Below are positions 20,313 to 30,886 of a stretch of DNA of 64,000 nucleotides, in pieces. The position numbers and the translations under genes were made by a program. Each line of letters begins with the position of its first letter. The first letter of the stretch is position 1. The notes under the pieces are model-generated. The model saw only the letters and a program-made list of their open reading frames with translations, did not search any database and had not been told where the DNA came from. This stretch comes from Promethearchaeota archaeon (GTDB lineage Archaea; Asgardarchaeota; Lokiarchaeia; Sigyniarchaeales; SOKP01), in assembly GCA_030599585.1 (NCBI GenBank), contig JAUVNS010000014.1, positions 32,001 to 96,000 of the forward strand, in the 5' to 3' direction.

Positions 20313-20900
20313 TTAGGTTAAAATTTTAAGTTTCTCAAGACGGATAGAATCCGGTAATGGATTGCCAGTAAGTTTTAATGTCTCTAAGTTTTTAAAGTTA
20401 GCTAAGTTATCTATTTTTCGGATTTGATTATTTGATAAATTTAAGTGCTTGAGGTTAGGTAATCTCTCTAACCCTTCAATATTTGTAATCTGATTATTGC
20501 TCAAATCTAAACGTTGCAGGTTTTCTAAATGTTCCAGATTTTCAACTTTTCGAATTTTGTTATTATTTAGTAATAGCTCCTTCAAATTTTTTTGATGATC
20601 TAAGTGTTCAATTCTAGAAATTTGATTACCACCTAAGTCCAATTCTTCTAACTTATTAAGGGCATCTAATCCATTAATTTCTTGTAGCAAATTAGATTCT
20701 AAATGGAGTTTTCTTAAATTCACAAGAGAGTTCAATCTTTCCATCACAGCAATATTGTTCCCCTCTAAAAAAAGGCCCTTCAGATTGGAGTATTTACGTA
20801 ATTTTTTTATTTCGCTAAAGGTATTAATATCCATGTTATTTAAATAGAGATTATTGTTATTAACAAAAACTTTTTTCTTTTTTATCGTGATATATTCCAT
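20313..20900 (-). CDS. Leucine-rich repeat protein (SDS22-like repeats)
   Basis: About seven 22-aa LxxLxLxxNxIxxIxxL repeats, ending LTGNP. Confidence 0.9.
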   Translation of the reverse strand: MEYITIKKKKVFVNNNNLYLNNMDINTFSEIKKLRKYSNLKGLFLEGNNIAVMERLNSLVNLRKLHLESNLLQEINGLDALNKLEELDLGGNQISRIEHLDHQKNLKELLLNNNKIRKVENLEHLENLQRLDLSNNQITNIEGLERLPNLKHLNLSNNQIRKIDNLANFKNLETLKLTGNPLPDSIRLEKLKILT

Positions 20901-21027
20901 GGAATGTAGCTAGAAACACCTACTTATTAGTAAATCGAATAAAAATTATAACTAAAACGAATTATCAGTTTATAATTGAAAAGTGACATATAAAAAGTTA
21001 GATGACTCCTTCTCTAAAATGGAGTAA

Positions 21028-21618
21028 TCAAATTTTTCTGCATAATAATTCGCCTTTTCCAATAGGAACTATTAAAGCATCGACGCGTTTATCTGATAGG
21101 GCTTTGTCAATCATGGGTTTTAAGACATCATAATGATTAATTGCATTATCAGCTACTAATATGCCTCCTTTTACCATATTTGGAATAATTAAATCGTAAC
21201 ACTCATCATAAACTTCTTTTTCAGCGTCTAAAAAGCAAAAAGATATGTTTTTTTCTTCTTTTAAAAAATCCCGAGCATCCCCTTCTACTAGTTCAACAAA
21301 ATTTGCCATTTTACTCTCTCGAAATGTCTCTTTTGCAAGTTTTATCTTTTCTTCTAAAATTTCAAAAGTTTTTATTTTGATACCTCTCTCTATACATGCG
21401 AGCGCTATCCACATAGTAGAATAGCCTCCACTAGTACCAATTTCTAAAAATTCTCCATTAGGAGCACCAGCAGCTAAGATTGATAGGAATTTACCCGTTT
21501 CCGGAGGAATTTGACGAAGTCTTTTCATTCGAGGTGTTCTATCTACCCTATCTTTCGCGTCGATATTTTCTAAATATTTCATTCGATTTTTTACTGGTTC
21601 TGGGATGTTATGTAGCAT
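21028..21618 (-). CDS. O-methyltransferase (class I SAM-dependent)
   Basis: [24 protein letters not shown]. Confidence 0.9.
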   Translation of the reverse strand: MLHNIPEPVKNRMKYLENIDAKDRVDRTPRMKRLRQIPPETGKFLSILAAGAPNGEFLEIGTSGGYSTMWIALACIERGIKIKTFEILEEKIKLAKETFRESKMANFVELVEGDARDFLKEEKNISFCFLDAEKEVYDECYDLIIPNMVKGGILVADNAINHYDVLKPMIDKALSDKRVDALIVPIGKGELLCRKI

Positions 21619-21800
21619 TTGATTTCAACTTCCTATTGTATTAACAATAGTATATTTAAGAAAAAATATAATGATTATCAATGCATCATAAGTTACTTCA
21701 AATGGGTTAATATTAGACAGAGCAGACCATTTTTTTCATTGAAAAATTCTTTTTAAACGAAGAAACTTATTCTAGCTTATATAAAAACAAAATTTTCAAG

Positions 21801-22997
21801 TTGAGTAAATTGAGCTTTAAAATAAAAAACAATGTATATTGGGTAGGGAAAATAGATTGGGAACTCAGAAAATTCCATGGAGATGAATATTCTACTCATC
21901 GTGGTTCCACCTACAATTCTTACCTAATTAGAGAAGAGAAAAATGTCCTGATTGACACGGTATGGATGCCTTTTTCAAAAGAATTTGTTAAAAATCTCTC
22001 AAAAGAAATTGACTTAGAAAAAATTGACTATATTATAGCTAATCATGCAGAAATAGATCATAGCGGTTCACTTCCTGAGCTTATGGAGCGCATACCAAAC
22101 ACTCCAATTTACTGTACAGCAAATGGTGTTAAGTCGTTAAAAGGCCACTATCATAAAGATTGGAATTTTAAAGTAGTAAAAACGGGGGATACATTAGATT
22201 TAGGAAACGGTAAGCAGTTGATCTTTGTAGAAATGAGAATGCTTCATTGGCCTGATAGTATGGCGTGTTATCTAACTGGAGACAATATCTTGTTTAGTAA
22301 CGATGCGTTTGGCCAACACTACGCCTCGGAATATATGTATAACGATCTCGTTGATCAAGATGAGCTATTTATGGAATGTATCAAATACTACGCTAACATT
22401 TTAACGCCTTTTAGTGCTCTCGTGGATAAAAAAATCAAAGAAGTTTTAGCTCTAAACATTCCAATAGATATTATTGCAACAAGTCATGGAGTTATCTGGA
22501 GAGACAATCCAACTCAAATTGTAGAAAAATATTTATCTTGGGCTAACGATTACCAAGAAAACCAAATTACAATATTGTACGATACAATGTGGGATGGAAC
22601 AAAAAGAATGGCGGAAGCAATTACAAAAGGAATTCGTGAAATTGATACGAATGTTAATGTTAAATTGTATCATATCGCAAAAACCGATAAAAACGATTTA
22701 ATTACAGAAATCTTTAAATCTAGGATTATTCTTGTAGGATCACCTACTATTGGTGGAGGAATTCTATCTGGTGTTGCCGAAATTTTGGAGATGATTAAAG
22801 GAATGCGGTTTAAAAACAAAAAAGCGGCGTCATTCGGTTGCTATGGATGGAGTGGAGAATCAATAAAGGTTATAAAGGAACATTTAGAAAAGAGCGGTTT
22901 TTCTGTAATTAATGACGGTGTTCGCGCTTTGTGGAACCCTGACGATGAAAGTTTGGAAAAATGCGTAGCATTCGGCAGAGAAATAGCCAATAGTTAA
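21801..22997 (+). CDS. fprA: Flavodiiron protein (FprA type, O2/NO reductase)
   Basis: [25 protein letters not shown]-terminal flavodoxin domain. Confidence 0.92.
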   Translation: MSKLSFKIKNNVYWVGKIDWELRKFHGDEYSTHRGSTYNSYLIREEKNVLIDTVWMPFSKEFVKNLSKEIDLEKIDYIIANHAEIDHSGSLPELMERIPNTPIYCTANGVKSLKGHYHKDWNFKVVKTGDTLDLGNGKQLIFVEMRMLHWPDSMACYLTGDNILFSNDAFGQHYASEYMYNDLVDQDELFMECIKYYANILTPFSALVDKKIKEVLALNIPIDIIATSHGVIWRDNPTQIVEKYLSWANDYQENQITILYDTMWDGTKRMAEAITKGIREIDTNVNVKLYHIAKTDKNDLITEIFKSRIILVGSPTIGGGILSGVAEILEMIKGMRFKNKKAASFGCYGWSGESIKVIKEHLEKSGFSVINDGVRALWNPDDESLEKCVAFGREIANS

Positions 22998-23143
22998 AAA
23001 ATTTTTTTTAAATTCATTTCTACTTTTTTAATTGGATTAAGCTTTTAATATCCTTTGATCGTTCAATAGACCCGTACATGCTATATTTGTGATATACATA
23101 AATACAAATTCTAATATTATATCTTTACTTAAGGTGATCGATT

Positions 23144-23506
23144 ATCTCTAAAATTCTGGTTGTTGACGACGACCGTACTATGCTAAAGCTCTATAAGTTA
23201 TTATTAGCAGGAATGGGGGATTATTCAGTTGAATTCTTTATCAATGGCAAAGATGTCGTTGAAAATTATAGAAAGCATTCAGAAAAACCTAAAGTAATTA
23301 TTATGGACTATCGAATGCCTGTTATGAATGGACTTGATGCAATGAACGAGATATTGGAGATTGACAGAAACACTAAAATAATTTTTGCAAGTGCTGATAC
23401 TTCCATGAAAGAGCTTTCTATTTCAAAGGGGGCTACAGCTTTTCTTAGTAAGCCTTTTAAAATTGAAGAACTAATAGATTTAATCAATAAAACAATAAAA
23501 GAGTAA
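23144..23506 (+). CDS. Single-domain response regulator; probable ATC/ATT start (ORF track starts at 23180)
   Basis: SKILVVDDD lies upstream of ATG 23180; MDYRMPVMNG, KPF; in-frame TGA at 23135. Confidence 0.85.
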   Translation: MSKILVVDDDRTMLKLYKLLLAGMGDYSVEFFINGKDVVENYRKHSEKPKVIIMDYRMPVMNGLDAMNEILEIDRNTKIIFASADTSMKELSISKGATAFLSKPFKIEELIDLINKTIKE

Positions 23507-23515
23507 TTAACAAAG

Positions 23516-25426
23516 GTGTATGAAATATTGGAAAACACTCGTGATAATATTCTAAAGTTAAGAGAGTTAAAAAAAAGATACAAGTTATTTTATGAATATG
23601 CCCCACTCCCTTATCAATCTTTGGATGAAAATGCTAACATTATAGATATTAATCAAGCGTGGCTTGATTTTTTTGGATATGATAAAGAAGAAGTGATCGG
23701 GAAGTGTTTTGGCGAATTTTTAGTTCTTAAAAGTAGAGAGATGCTAAATTCAAGATTTTCGCATTTTAAAGAAGTAGGAGTAATTCAGGATGTAGAATAC
23801 GAAATTGTAAAAAAGGATGGCATTCATAGAAATATTTGGTTAGATGGAAGAATAGAATATGATAAAAACGGGAATTTTACACAAGCACATTGTTTTTTCA
23901 AGGATATTACCGATCGTAAGCGCATTGAAAATCAGCTTAGGAGTAGTAAAACTTTTCTTTCTAATGTATTTACAAGTATTCAAGACGGGATTAGCATTCT
24001 TGACAAAGACTTGAACATCATCCAAGTCAATCCAATAATGGAGCTTTGGTATTCGCATTCGATGCCAATGCTTGGTAAAAAATGTTACGAAGTATATCAC
24101 GAGAGAAATAAACCTTGTGAAATTTGCCCTTCCCTTCAAGCTCTTAGATCAGGTCAACCAGCTTACGAAATTGTTCCTAAAACAGGACCTAAGCAAAAAA
24201 TTACTGGCTGGTTGGATCTCTATTCATTCCCTCTACTTGACGAAGAAGGAGGGCAGATTATTGGAGTAATTGAATACGTGAGAGATATATCTGAACGTAT
24301 GAAGGCAGAACAAAGATTAAGAGATTCTGAGGTAAAATATAAATATCTCTTTGAAAACGCTCAAGTAGGATTATATTGGTCCAGAATTAGCGATGGAAAA
24401 TTTATAGAATGTAATGAGATTTTTGCTAAATTGCTTGGATATGGAACACGAGAAGAATTATTAGAAGATTATATTGCTACTGAACATTACGTTTATCCAA
24501 CCAAGCGCAACGAGATGCTAGATGCGATCCGGAAAAACAAAGAAATTAGAGATAGTGAAATTCTAGTCACTAAAAGAGACGGTACTCCTATTTGGTTAAG
24601 TATTTCTGCTCGAATGTTTGAAAAAGAAAATAGAATTGAAGGTGCTGTCATTGATATCACCAGACGAAAGAAGACTGAACAAGAATTAAAAGAATCTGAA
24701 CTACTGTATAAAAAAGCATATGACAAAGCAGACTTCTATAAAGATTTATTAGCACATGATGTGAGCAACATTTTTAATAACATAAATGCCTCGATTCAAC
24801 TAATAGAATTATGGAAAGAAGATTCTGAAGTATTAAACAATGATGGAGATATGATTGATATCATTAAACAACAATTAGAAAAAGGTGCTTCTTTAGTTTC
24901 AAATGTGCGTAAGCACTCAGAAATAGAGGAAGGAGAGAATCTAGTAAAATCGGTTGATGTGATAGATGTAATCAATGAATCAATTAAAGATGTTCTTTCT
25001 CGATTTCATTATAGAGAAATAGAGATAAATGTTAAAAAGACTAATGAAATTCCTAATGTTAAGGGAGGGGATTTACTGATTGACGCCATTGAAAATATAT
25101 TAATAAACGGTGCTCTCCATAACGAAAGCGATACGATAAGAATGTGGGTTAATGTGTCCGAAGTTTATAAAGACGCCGAAAAATTCGTAAAGCTCGAATT
25201 TAAAGATAACGGCATTGGGATTATTGATGAGAGAAAAAAAGCAATCTTTGAAAGAAATTATAATAAAGATAAGAGTACGGGTGGAATGGGTATAGGGTTA
25301 TCGCTCGTTAAGACAATAATTAATAGTTATGATGGTCAAGTTAAGGTCGATAATAGAGTATTGGGAGATCACACAAAAGGGAGCATTTTTGTTGTCTTGT
25401 TAAAGCAATGGCAACTAATGGATTAA
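23516..25426 (+). CDS. Cytoplasmic multi-PAS sensor histidine kinase
   Basis: Three PAS/PAC units, LAHDVSN H-box, N box, DNGIG, GMGIGL. Confidence 0.9.
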   Translation: MYEILENTRDNILKLRELKKRYKLFYEYAPLPYQSLDENANIIDINQAWLDFFGYDKEEVIGKCFGEFLVLKSREMLNSRFSHFKEVGVIQDVEYEIVKKDGIHRNIWLDGRIEYDKNGNFTQAHCFFKDITDRKRIENQLRSSKTFLSNVFTSIQDGISILDKDLNIIQVNPIMELWYSHSMPMLGKKCYEVYHERNKPCEICPSLQALRSGQPAYEIVPKTGPKQKITGWLDLYSFPLLDEEGGQIIGVIEYVRDISERMKAEQRLRDSEVKYKYLFENAQVGLYWSRISDGKFIECNEIFAKLLGYGTREELLEDYIATEHYVYPTKRNEMLDAIRKNKEIRDSEILVTKRDGTPIWLSISARMFEKENRIEGAVIDITRRKKTEQELKESELLYKKAYDKADFYKDLLAHDVSNIFNNINASIQLIELWKEDSEVLNNDGDMIDIIKQQLEKGASLVSNVRKHSEIEEGENLVKSVDVIDVINESIKDVLSRFHYREIEINVKKTNEIPNVKGGDLLIDAIENILINGALHNESDTIRMWVNVSEVYKDAEKFVKLEFKDNGIGIIDERKKAIFERNYNKDKSTGGMGIGLSLVKTIINSYDGQVKVDNRVLGDHTKGSIFVVLLKQWQLMD

Positions 25427-25533
25427 ACCTTATTGGTTTCAAATAGCTTTTTTAATTACATTTAAGCCAAAATAGAAAGAAGCAAAATTCCTTTACTGGT
25501 AAAGTTTTATTGAATAGAATATTTTCTTTATGT

Positions 25534-26175
25534 ATGTCTCAAGATATCGTACAAATTAAGCTTAGCATAGAAATACCTGAAGATAAATGGCTAGCAACTT
25601 TCAACAAAAAATATCCAGAATTGAATTTTCATATTCTATCAAACTTTCCAATCGGAGAAAACTCAGGGATCACTTCGTTCCAAATAAGGGGTTCCTCCAT
25701 AAAGCGTTTTATTTCCGATTTTAAAGAAAAATCAGCTGAACAAACTGCTCAAATTTTGTACGAAGATGAAGATCTTGTAATATTGAACGTAAAGGAAGGC
25801 GACCCATGGATATTAAATACTTTAGTGAAAACTGAGCTATTGATATCTTATCCTGTGCTAGTAAAAGGTGGTAAAATTAGAATAGAAGCTATCACAGACC
25901 GTTCAAAAGTAGATAGATTTTTAACACAGCTAAAAAAGAAAGACATAAAAGCGAAAATCGAGCGCATAGGGTATTATTATAAATCGACTCTCCTCACTCA
26001 AAGACAAAATGAAATATTAAATTTTGCATATCAAAAAGGATATTTTAACATTCCAAGAAGTGTTTCATTAAGCGAATTCGCTAAAGATTTAAGCATTTCA
26101 AAATCGGCTCTTTCTGAAACATTGAGGAGGATTTTTAAGAAATTAGCTAATAATCACATTAATTCTAGCAATTAA
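25534..26175 (+). CDS. Bacterio-opsin-activator-type (HTH_10) regulator
   Basis: LTQRQNEIL..AYQKGYFNIPR..SLSEFAKDL.ISKSALSETLRR. Confidence 0.85.
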   Translation: MSQDIVQIKLSIEIPEDKWLATFNKKYPELNFHILSNFPIGENSGITSFQIRGSSIKRFISDFKEKSAEQTAQILYEDEDLVILNVKEGDPWILNTLVKTELLISYPVLVKGGKIRIEAITDRSKVDRFLTQLKKKDIKAKIERIGYYYKSTLLTQRQNEILNFAYQKGYFNIPRSVSLSEFAKDLSISKSALSETLRRIFKKLANNHINSSN

Positions 26176-27281
26176 ATCTGCGATAAGAGTTCTATTAAAG
26201 CCCGAGGAATCTCTTTATAGTTGTTTACAGCAAAAAATTTACCTTGTCCAACTCGAGCTATTTCTCGACAGGTATCGATCCCTCTTTCAGCATCGTTCTC
26301 AGCGGGTATTCCGATGACGTGCAGCTTAGGGTATTTCTTAGCTAAATCAAAAGGGTTTTTCCCTCTATTATAGTTTCCATCGGTGATTAAAATCCCCGAT
26401 TTATGTCTTGTTTTTTCCTTAATCTTATTTAATTCTTTTAATCCTTTTTCTAAACCAATATGAATATTAGTAAAGCCAACTGCCTCCGAATCAAGAATTT
26501 CATCTATGATTTTTATAACCGGCTTCTTCTTATCTATTTTTTTAAGAACCATAGCTGTGGAATTGAAAAGAACTATTCCATAACTTTCTTTTTCCATATT
26601 ATAAGCCAAAACGGATGTAGTTAGAGCTGCGTTAAGTAGAAGCTTCCCATACATACTCCCACTAGTGTCTAAAATCATTACAATTTTTCTCTTTTGCTTT
26701 TTTCTTTGTATTCCAAAGATATCTTTGTAAGTTAGGCTATTTTTATATATATTTAATGGGTTATGTTGAATTGTTTCATCTAAGTCAAACTCTGGAGTCC
26801 CTATCTGATAAGAAGGAGTTATTTTTTTAAAATTTCCTCTAATTCCTTTACTAGTTATTTTTAACGAGGTTTTTACTATACTTTGTCTTGCTAGTCGTCT
26901 AAAAACATGCTTGTATTTTTCTGAAATCGGTCGTCTAATAAAAAAGTAAACTTCCGCCATTGAAATTTCAGAATTTTTTGCTTTTTCTGAAAAGAATTGT
27001 ACACCTTCATCACAATCTAAAGCGTCAGTTGCGGCGTATACATTAGATTTAAGTAAACCTAGGATGGCTTCAAGATTTTTATGGGTTATTGATAAGTAAG
27101 TTAATTCCTTAATTTGTTTATAATCTAATGTATTTGCTAAATGATGATAATAATCTGGTTTTTTCTTTTGTTTTCTGATTATTTCATACCTAAGAATTTT
27201 TTCATCTGGGATTCTTTCTGTATGTCTTATGTGGAGCCTCTTATTCTCAATCTTCTCAATCTCTTCGAAATCATCGATTAT
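26172..27281 (-). CDS. vWA domain protein, MoxR partner; frame extends about 107 codons upstream of the ORF-track ATG (26960)
   Basis: MIDAS motif LDTSGSM, TNI, LITDG; frame open from 27293 with no ATG/GTG/TTG before 26960; ATA at 27281-27279 overlaps the MoxR stop. Confidence 0.8.
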   Translation of the reverse strand: MIDDFEEIEKIENKRLHIRHTERIPDEKILRYEIIRKQKKKPDYYHHLANTLDYKQIKELTYLSITHKNLEAILGLLKSNVYAATDALDCDEGVQFFSEKAKNSEISMAEVYFFIRRPISEKYKHVFRRLARQSIVKTSLKITSKGIRGNFKKITPSYQIGTPEFDLDETIQHNPLNIYKNSLTYKDIFGIQRKKQKRKIVMILDTSGSMYGKLLLNAALTTSVLAYNMEKESYGIVLFNSTAMVLKKIDKKKPVIKIIDEILDSEAVGFTNIHIGLEKGLKELNKIKEKTRHKSGILITDGNYNRGKNPFDLAKKYPKLHVIGIPAENDAERGIDTCREIARVGQGKFFAVNNYKEIPRALIELLSQI

Positions 27282-28171
27282 TGAAAATCTGATTTATTTA
27301 GAGCCGATAATACGATGTCAGCTATTATCTCTTCTTTTGAGCTAGTAACGCCATCTTCGAGTTCGACCTTATTATATAAAGCCATTATTGCAGTATTAAC
27401 CCAATTCTTTGAACTATTTATTTCTTCAGTTTTAGAAATTAGTTGTGCTAGATCAATTGCTCCTCTTATTGAACTTCCTCTCTGTATTGATCGGTTATTT
27501 CTTGAATGATGTATTATTTGTTGAGAGAGTTGTGCAATTTTTTCTCCATCTAGATTATCTAGATTAGCCTCTTGTTTAATGATAAGAACTTCTTCTTCAG
27601 AGGGTTGAAAATCCAACTTTATCCAGATAAATCTATCTTTTAAAGCTTCTCCAATGACAGTTACACCCACATGGGCGGCTGGGTTTTGAGTAGCGATCGT
27701 AAAGAATTTGCTATGAGCCTTAATTGTTTTCAATTTAGGAATTTCTAAAATACCCTCATCTAGTGCCGTTAAAAGTGAATTTTGCGTGCTTTCAGGCATC
27801 CTATTGATTTCATTTATAAAAAGACAGCCTCCTTTTAGCATAGATGAGGCCAGCGGACCGTAGATATATGAATCTTCTTGATAACCTTTTGATATCACTA
27901 AGGGGGGATCAAAATAACCGACTAAATTATGAGGTAGAGTCTCTTCAGAACAGTCTATTCGAGCAAAATCAGTATCGTAAAATGAAGAAATTGCTTTTGC
28001 TATCCTCGTTTTACCTGTTCCTACTTGGCCCTCAATGATTAAATTTTTATCTACTGACCTTGCTAGAATAATTTTTTTTAATTCCTCAGTTCTCCCAATG
28101 ATTTTATATTTACTTTGTATCTCTTTCACAATCTGAGATGCATTTAACATGTTTTTAATAATATTAAGCAA
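27278..28171 (-). CDS. MoxR-family AAA+ ATPase
   Basis: GQVGTGKT, LFINEINR, ATQNP, ALKDRF, SIRG. Confidence 0.9.
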   Translation of the reverse strand: MLNIIKNMLNASQIVKEIQSKYKIIGRTEELKKIILARSVDKNLIIEGQVGTGKTRIAKAISSFYDTDFARIDCSEETLPHNLVGYFDPPLVISKGYQEDSYIYGPLASSMLKGGCLFINEINRMPESTQNSLLTALDEGILEIPKLKTIKAHSKFFTIATQNPAAHVGVTVIGEALKDRFIWIKLDFQPSEEEVLIIKQEANLDNLDGEKIAQLSQQIIHHSRNNRSIQRGSSIRGAIDLAQLISKTEEINSSKNWVNTAIMALYNKVELEDGVTSSKEEIIADIVLSALNKSDFQ

Positions 28172-28236
28172 GTAATAGAGTTTATTAAAGATTAGAAGAA
28201 TTTGTTAATAACGAAGGATTTCAATTTACCTTAATA

Positions 28237-30270
28237 ATGGCGTTAAAAGTTATCTTCAAAAAGAATAAAAAGAATAGCATTTTCCTTGGATTTATCGCCG
28301 CAATTTCGATTCTACTTATTCCAATAATGTTAGATGCTTTAGCACCCTTCAATAACGAAGATTCCTCTGTAGTCTCTGTATCTGCTAATGGAGATAATTT
28401 TAATATCTTAGATTTTTGGGTAAATGAAATTGAAAGAGTAAATAATACTCAGTTAAATATTGTTTATGGTGATAATCACACCATAGAACACACCATCTCA
28501 TTTTCAAATAAAAATTATGAATTGAAAGCTCGAGATATTTATTTTAATTCGCCTAATTGGGTTGGAGCACAACCACAAAATCTTACATTATATGGTGTAT
28601 TACTTTATCCAGAAATTATCAAGAGTAGTAATCCGGGAGCTTTAATTATGCATGGATTAAATGGAGAAATAGATGAAGCGTTTGATCTAGCTATACCATA
28701 TTTAGAGAAAGGTTTTGTAGTCTTATGCCATGCTCATCCAGGTCACGGTAAATCAGAGGGAACAGAACCAGAACCTGGAAATTTATATTATGAGGGAGCA
28801 TATAACGAATCAGCTCATTTTTACTTAACATTATGTGGGGCGATTCAAGGATTAAGAGTTCTTGAAACGCTTACATTTGTTAATAATTCTCAAATAATGG
28901 TTGCAGGTAAATCATATGGAGGATTAAATGCTATGTGGTTAGCAGGTATTTTAGGAGAGAGGATTGCTGGAGTTACAGCGTATATAGCTATAGGAGATAT
29001 CGCTAAGAATTTAATCCATCCCGATAAATTATTTTTCTGGATATTAGGGAAAAATGTCAGGGAAATTCCTGATTCTTATGTAACGAACCAACTCTTACGA
29101 TTTGATCCAATTCATTATTTAAATTCCTCTAAACTACCCCCAATACTGTGGCAAATAGGAACTAATGACGATTTTTTCCATTATAGCTCAATAAAAGGAA
29201 CTTTTGACTCAGTTCAACACAATAATAAATTTATGCAGATTTTCCCTAACGATCATCATGGTTTTCCTGGATTTGAGGGGTCGTCTAAATTTTTTATTGA
29301 TTATGTTTTAAACAATGGTTCCATTCCACCTCAAATTAACATTACTAGTATATCTAAGACCCAAGATCTTCGTGGGGATAATCTGCATATCGCTCTACGA
29401 GTAAACTCAACTGAGGAAATCGATTCAATACAGATGGTATATAAATTTACTGATGTTCTTGGTTCTACATGGGAATATATTAACCTTGATAGTATTGATG
29501 GGGTGAATTGGGAAGGAGAACTAAGTCCGACAATCTTCAATTCTAATCTTGATTATTATATTATCGTCAATTTAAAAAATATGACTAATGTTTGGTTTTC
29601 GTCTAATATATACTCAGCGGGAGAAATAAGAAGTAACCTAGCACTTCCTTTCATTATTATTATTTCTGTTATTATACTAATTCCCCTTGCATTATCAATA
29701 AGGAAAAAGTTTCTTGAAATACCAGTAATGGAATTAGATGAAAAAAGTAAGTTGAAACGTCATTTTTTAAATGAAATTATTATAATATTAGTATTAGACG
29801 CTGTTTATTATCTTTCACTCATCTTGCCATGGATAGTTTACGAGAGTGGGGGTGTAATTTTTAACCACATATATATATTTAATAATTTATATACCTGGAA
29901 GATATATTTTGGCGAGTTTGCTTCTTCTTTAACCACTATCTTCTTTATCGCAAGTATTGTTAACTCACAACTAAACTTCATCAGCTTAAGATTATCAGCA
30001 ATATTAAAACTACTATATCCAACAATTATGCTAGGCTTCATCAGCGCTACGCCATTTCTTTCTGGTGTCTTAGATCCTACCAGTTTGACTTCTAACTTCG
30101 GATTAATTTTCCCCGGAATTGGACCAATGCTTATGATTATTTGTTCAATATTATTGTTTTTAATAGGTCGAAGAGAAAGAAAAACTAAGATTTCTTTAGG
30201 TTTAGTTAGGAAAAATAATTTGAGGTCTTTTTTCTTTAAAACCTATTCTAGAGTTTTTAAGAAGGTTTAA
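28237..30270 (+). CDS. Membrane-anchored alpha/beta hydrolase with C-terminal multi-TM region
   Basis: N-terminal signal anchor, HGLNG, GKSYGG nucleophile, GTNDD, DHH; 4-5 TM helices at the C-terminus. Confidence 0.75.
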   Translation: MALKVIFKKNKKNSIFLGFIAAISILLIPIMLDALAPFNNEDSSVVSVSANGDNFNILDFWVNEIERVNNTQLNIVYGDNHTIEHTISFSNKNYELKARDIYFNSPNWVGAQPQNLTLYGVLLYPEIIKSSNPGALIMHGLNGEIDEAFDLAIPYLEKGFVVLCHAHPGHGKSEGTEPEPGNLYYEGAYNESAHFYLTLCGAIQGLRVLETLTFVNNSQIMVAGKSYGGLNAMWLAGILGERIAGVTAYIAIGDIAKNLIHPDKLFFWILGKNVREIPDSYVTNQLLRFDPIHYLNSSKLPPILWQIGTNDDFFHYSSIKGTFDSVQHNNKFMQIFPNDHHGFPGFEGSSKFFIDYVLNNGSIPPQINITSISKTQDLRGDNLHIALRVNSTEEIDSIQMVYKFTDVLGSTWEYINLDSIDGVNWEGELSPTIFNSNLDYYIIVNLKNMTNVWFSSNIYSAGEIRSNLALPFIIIISVIILIPLALSIRKKFLEIPVMELDEKSKLKRHFLNEIIIILVLDAVYYLSLILPWIVYESGGVIFNHIYIFNNLYTWKIYFGEFASSLTTIFFIASIVNSQLNFISLRLSAILKLLYPTIMLGFISATPFLSGVLDPTSLTSNFGLIFPGIGPMLMIICSILLFLIGRRERKTKISLGLVRKNNLRSFFFKTYSRVFKKV

Positions 30271-30329
30271 ATAACAAAAAAAGATACATAGAAAAAAATA
30301 AATGTCAAATAACATTTGTTGCATTACCA

Positions 30330-30785
30330 ATGAAATCTCTACTAGTTTTGTTTTCATATCATCACAAAAATACTGAGAAAATCGCTAAGGTCTTCGCAAA
30401 AGTTCTTGATGCACAGATAAAATCGCCACAGCAAGTAATTCCTGAAGAGCTTCAAGATTATAGTCTAATTGGCTTTGGATCAGGGATCTATGATGATAAA
30501 CACCATAAACTTCTGCTTGACCTTGCCGATAAACTACCACAAGTCAACAACAGGAAAGCATTTATTTTTTCAACAAGTGCAATGCAAGAAAAAGCCAAAG
30601 TCGCTAAAGATCACTCGCAGCTTAGGGAAAAACTGCAATCGAAAGGTTACACGATTGTTGATGAATTTAGTTGTAAAGGTTTTAACACCAATAGTTTCCT
30701 GAAATATTTTGGGGGAATGAATAAGGGTAGACCTAATGCTGAAGATCTCAAACATGCAGAACAATTTGCTCAGAACCTGAAGTAG
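30330..30785 (+). CDS. Flavodoxin family protein
   Basis: SYHHKNTEKIA, GFGSGIY, NKGRPNAEDL. Confidence 0.85.
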   Translation: MKSLLVLFSYHHKNTEKIAKVFAKVLDAQIKSPQQVIPEELQDYSLIGFGSGIYDDKHHKLLLDLADKLPQVNNRKAFIFSTSAMQEKAKVAKDHSQLREKLQSKGYTIVDEFSCKGFNTNSFLKYFGGMNKGRPNAEDLKHAEQFAQNLK

Positions 30786-30886
30786 AACTTAATTTAGCGT
30801 TTTAGTATATGAATTATATAAAAGCCTAAGACTTTTATTGAAAAAAATAAACATATGTCACTATCTAATGGAACTTAGGTAAGAAT

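Noticed and set aside
30302-30332. Out-of-frame ATG 28 nt upstream of the flavodoxin
   Set aside because: Could be a decayed leader, but the domain is complete from 30330
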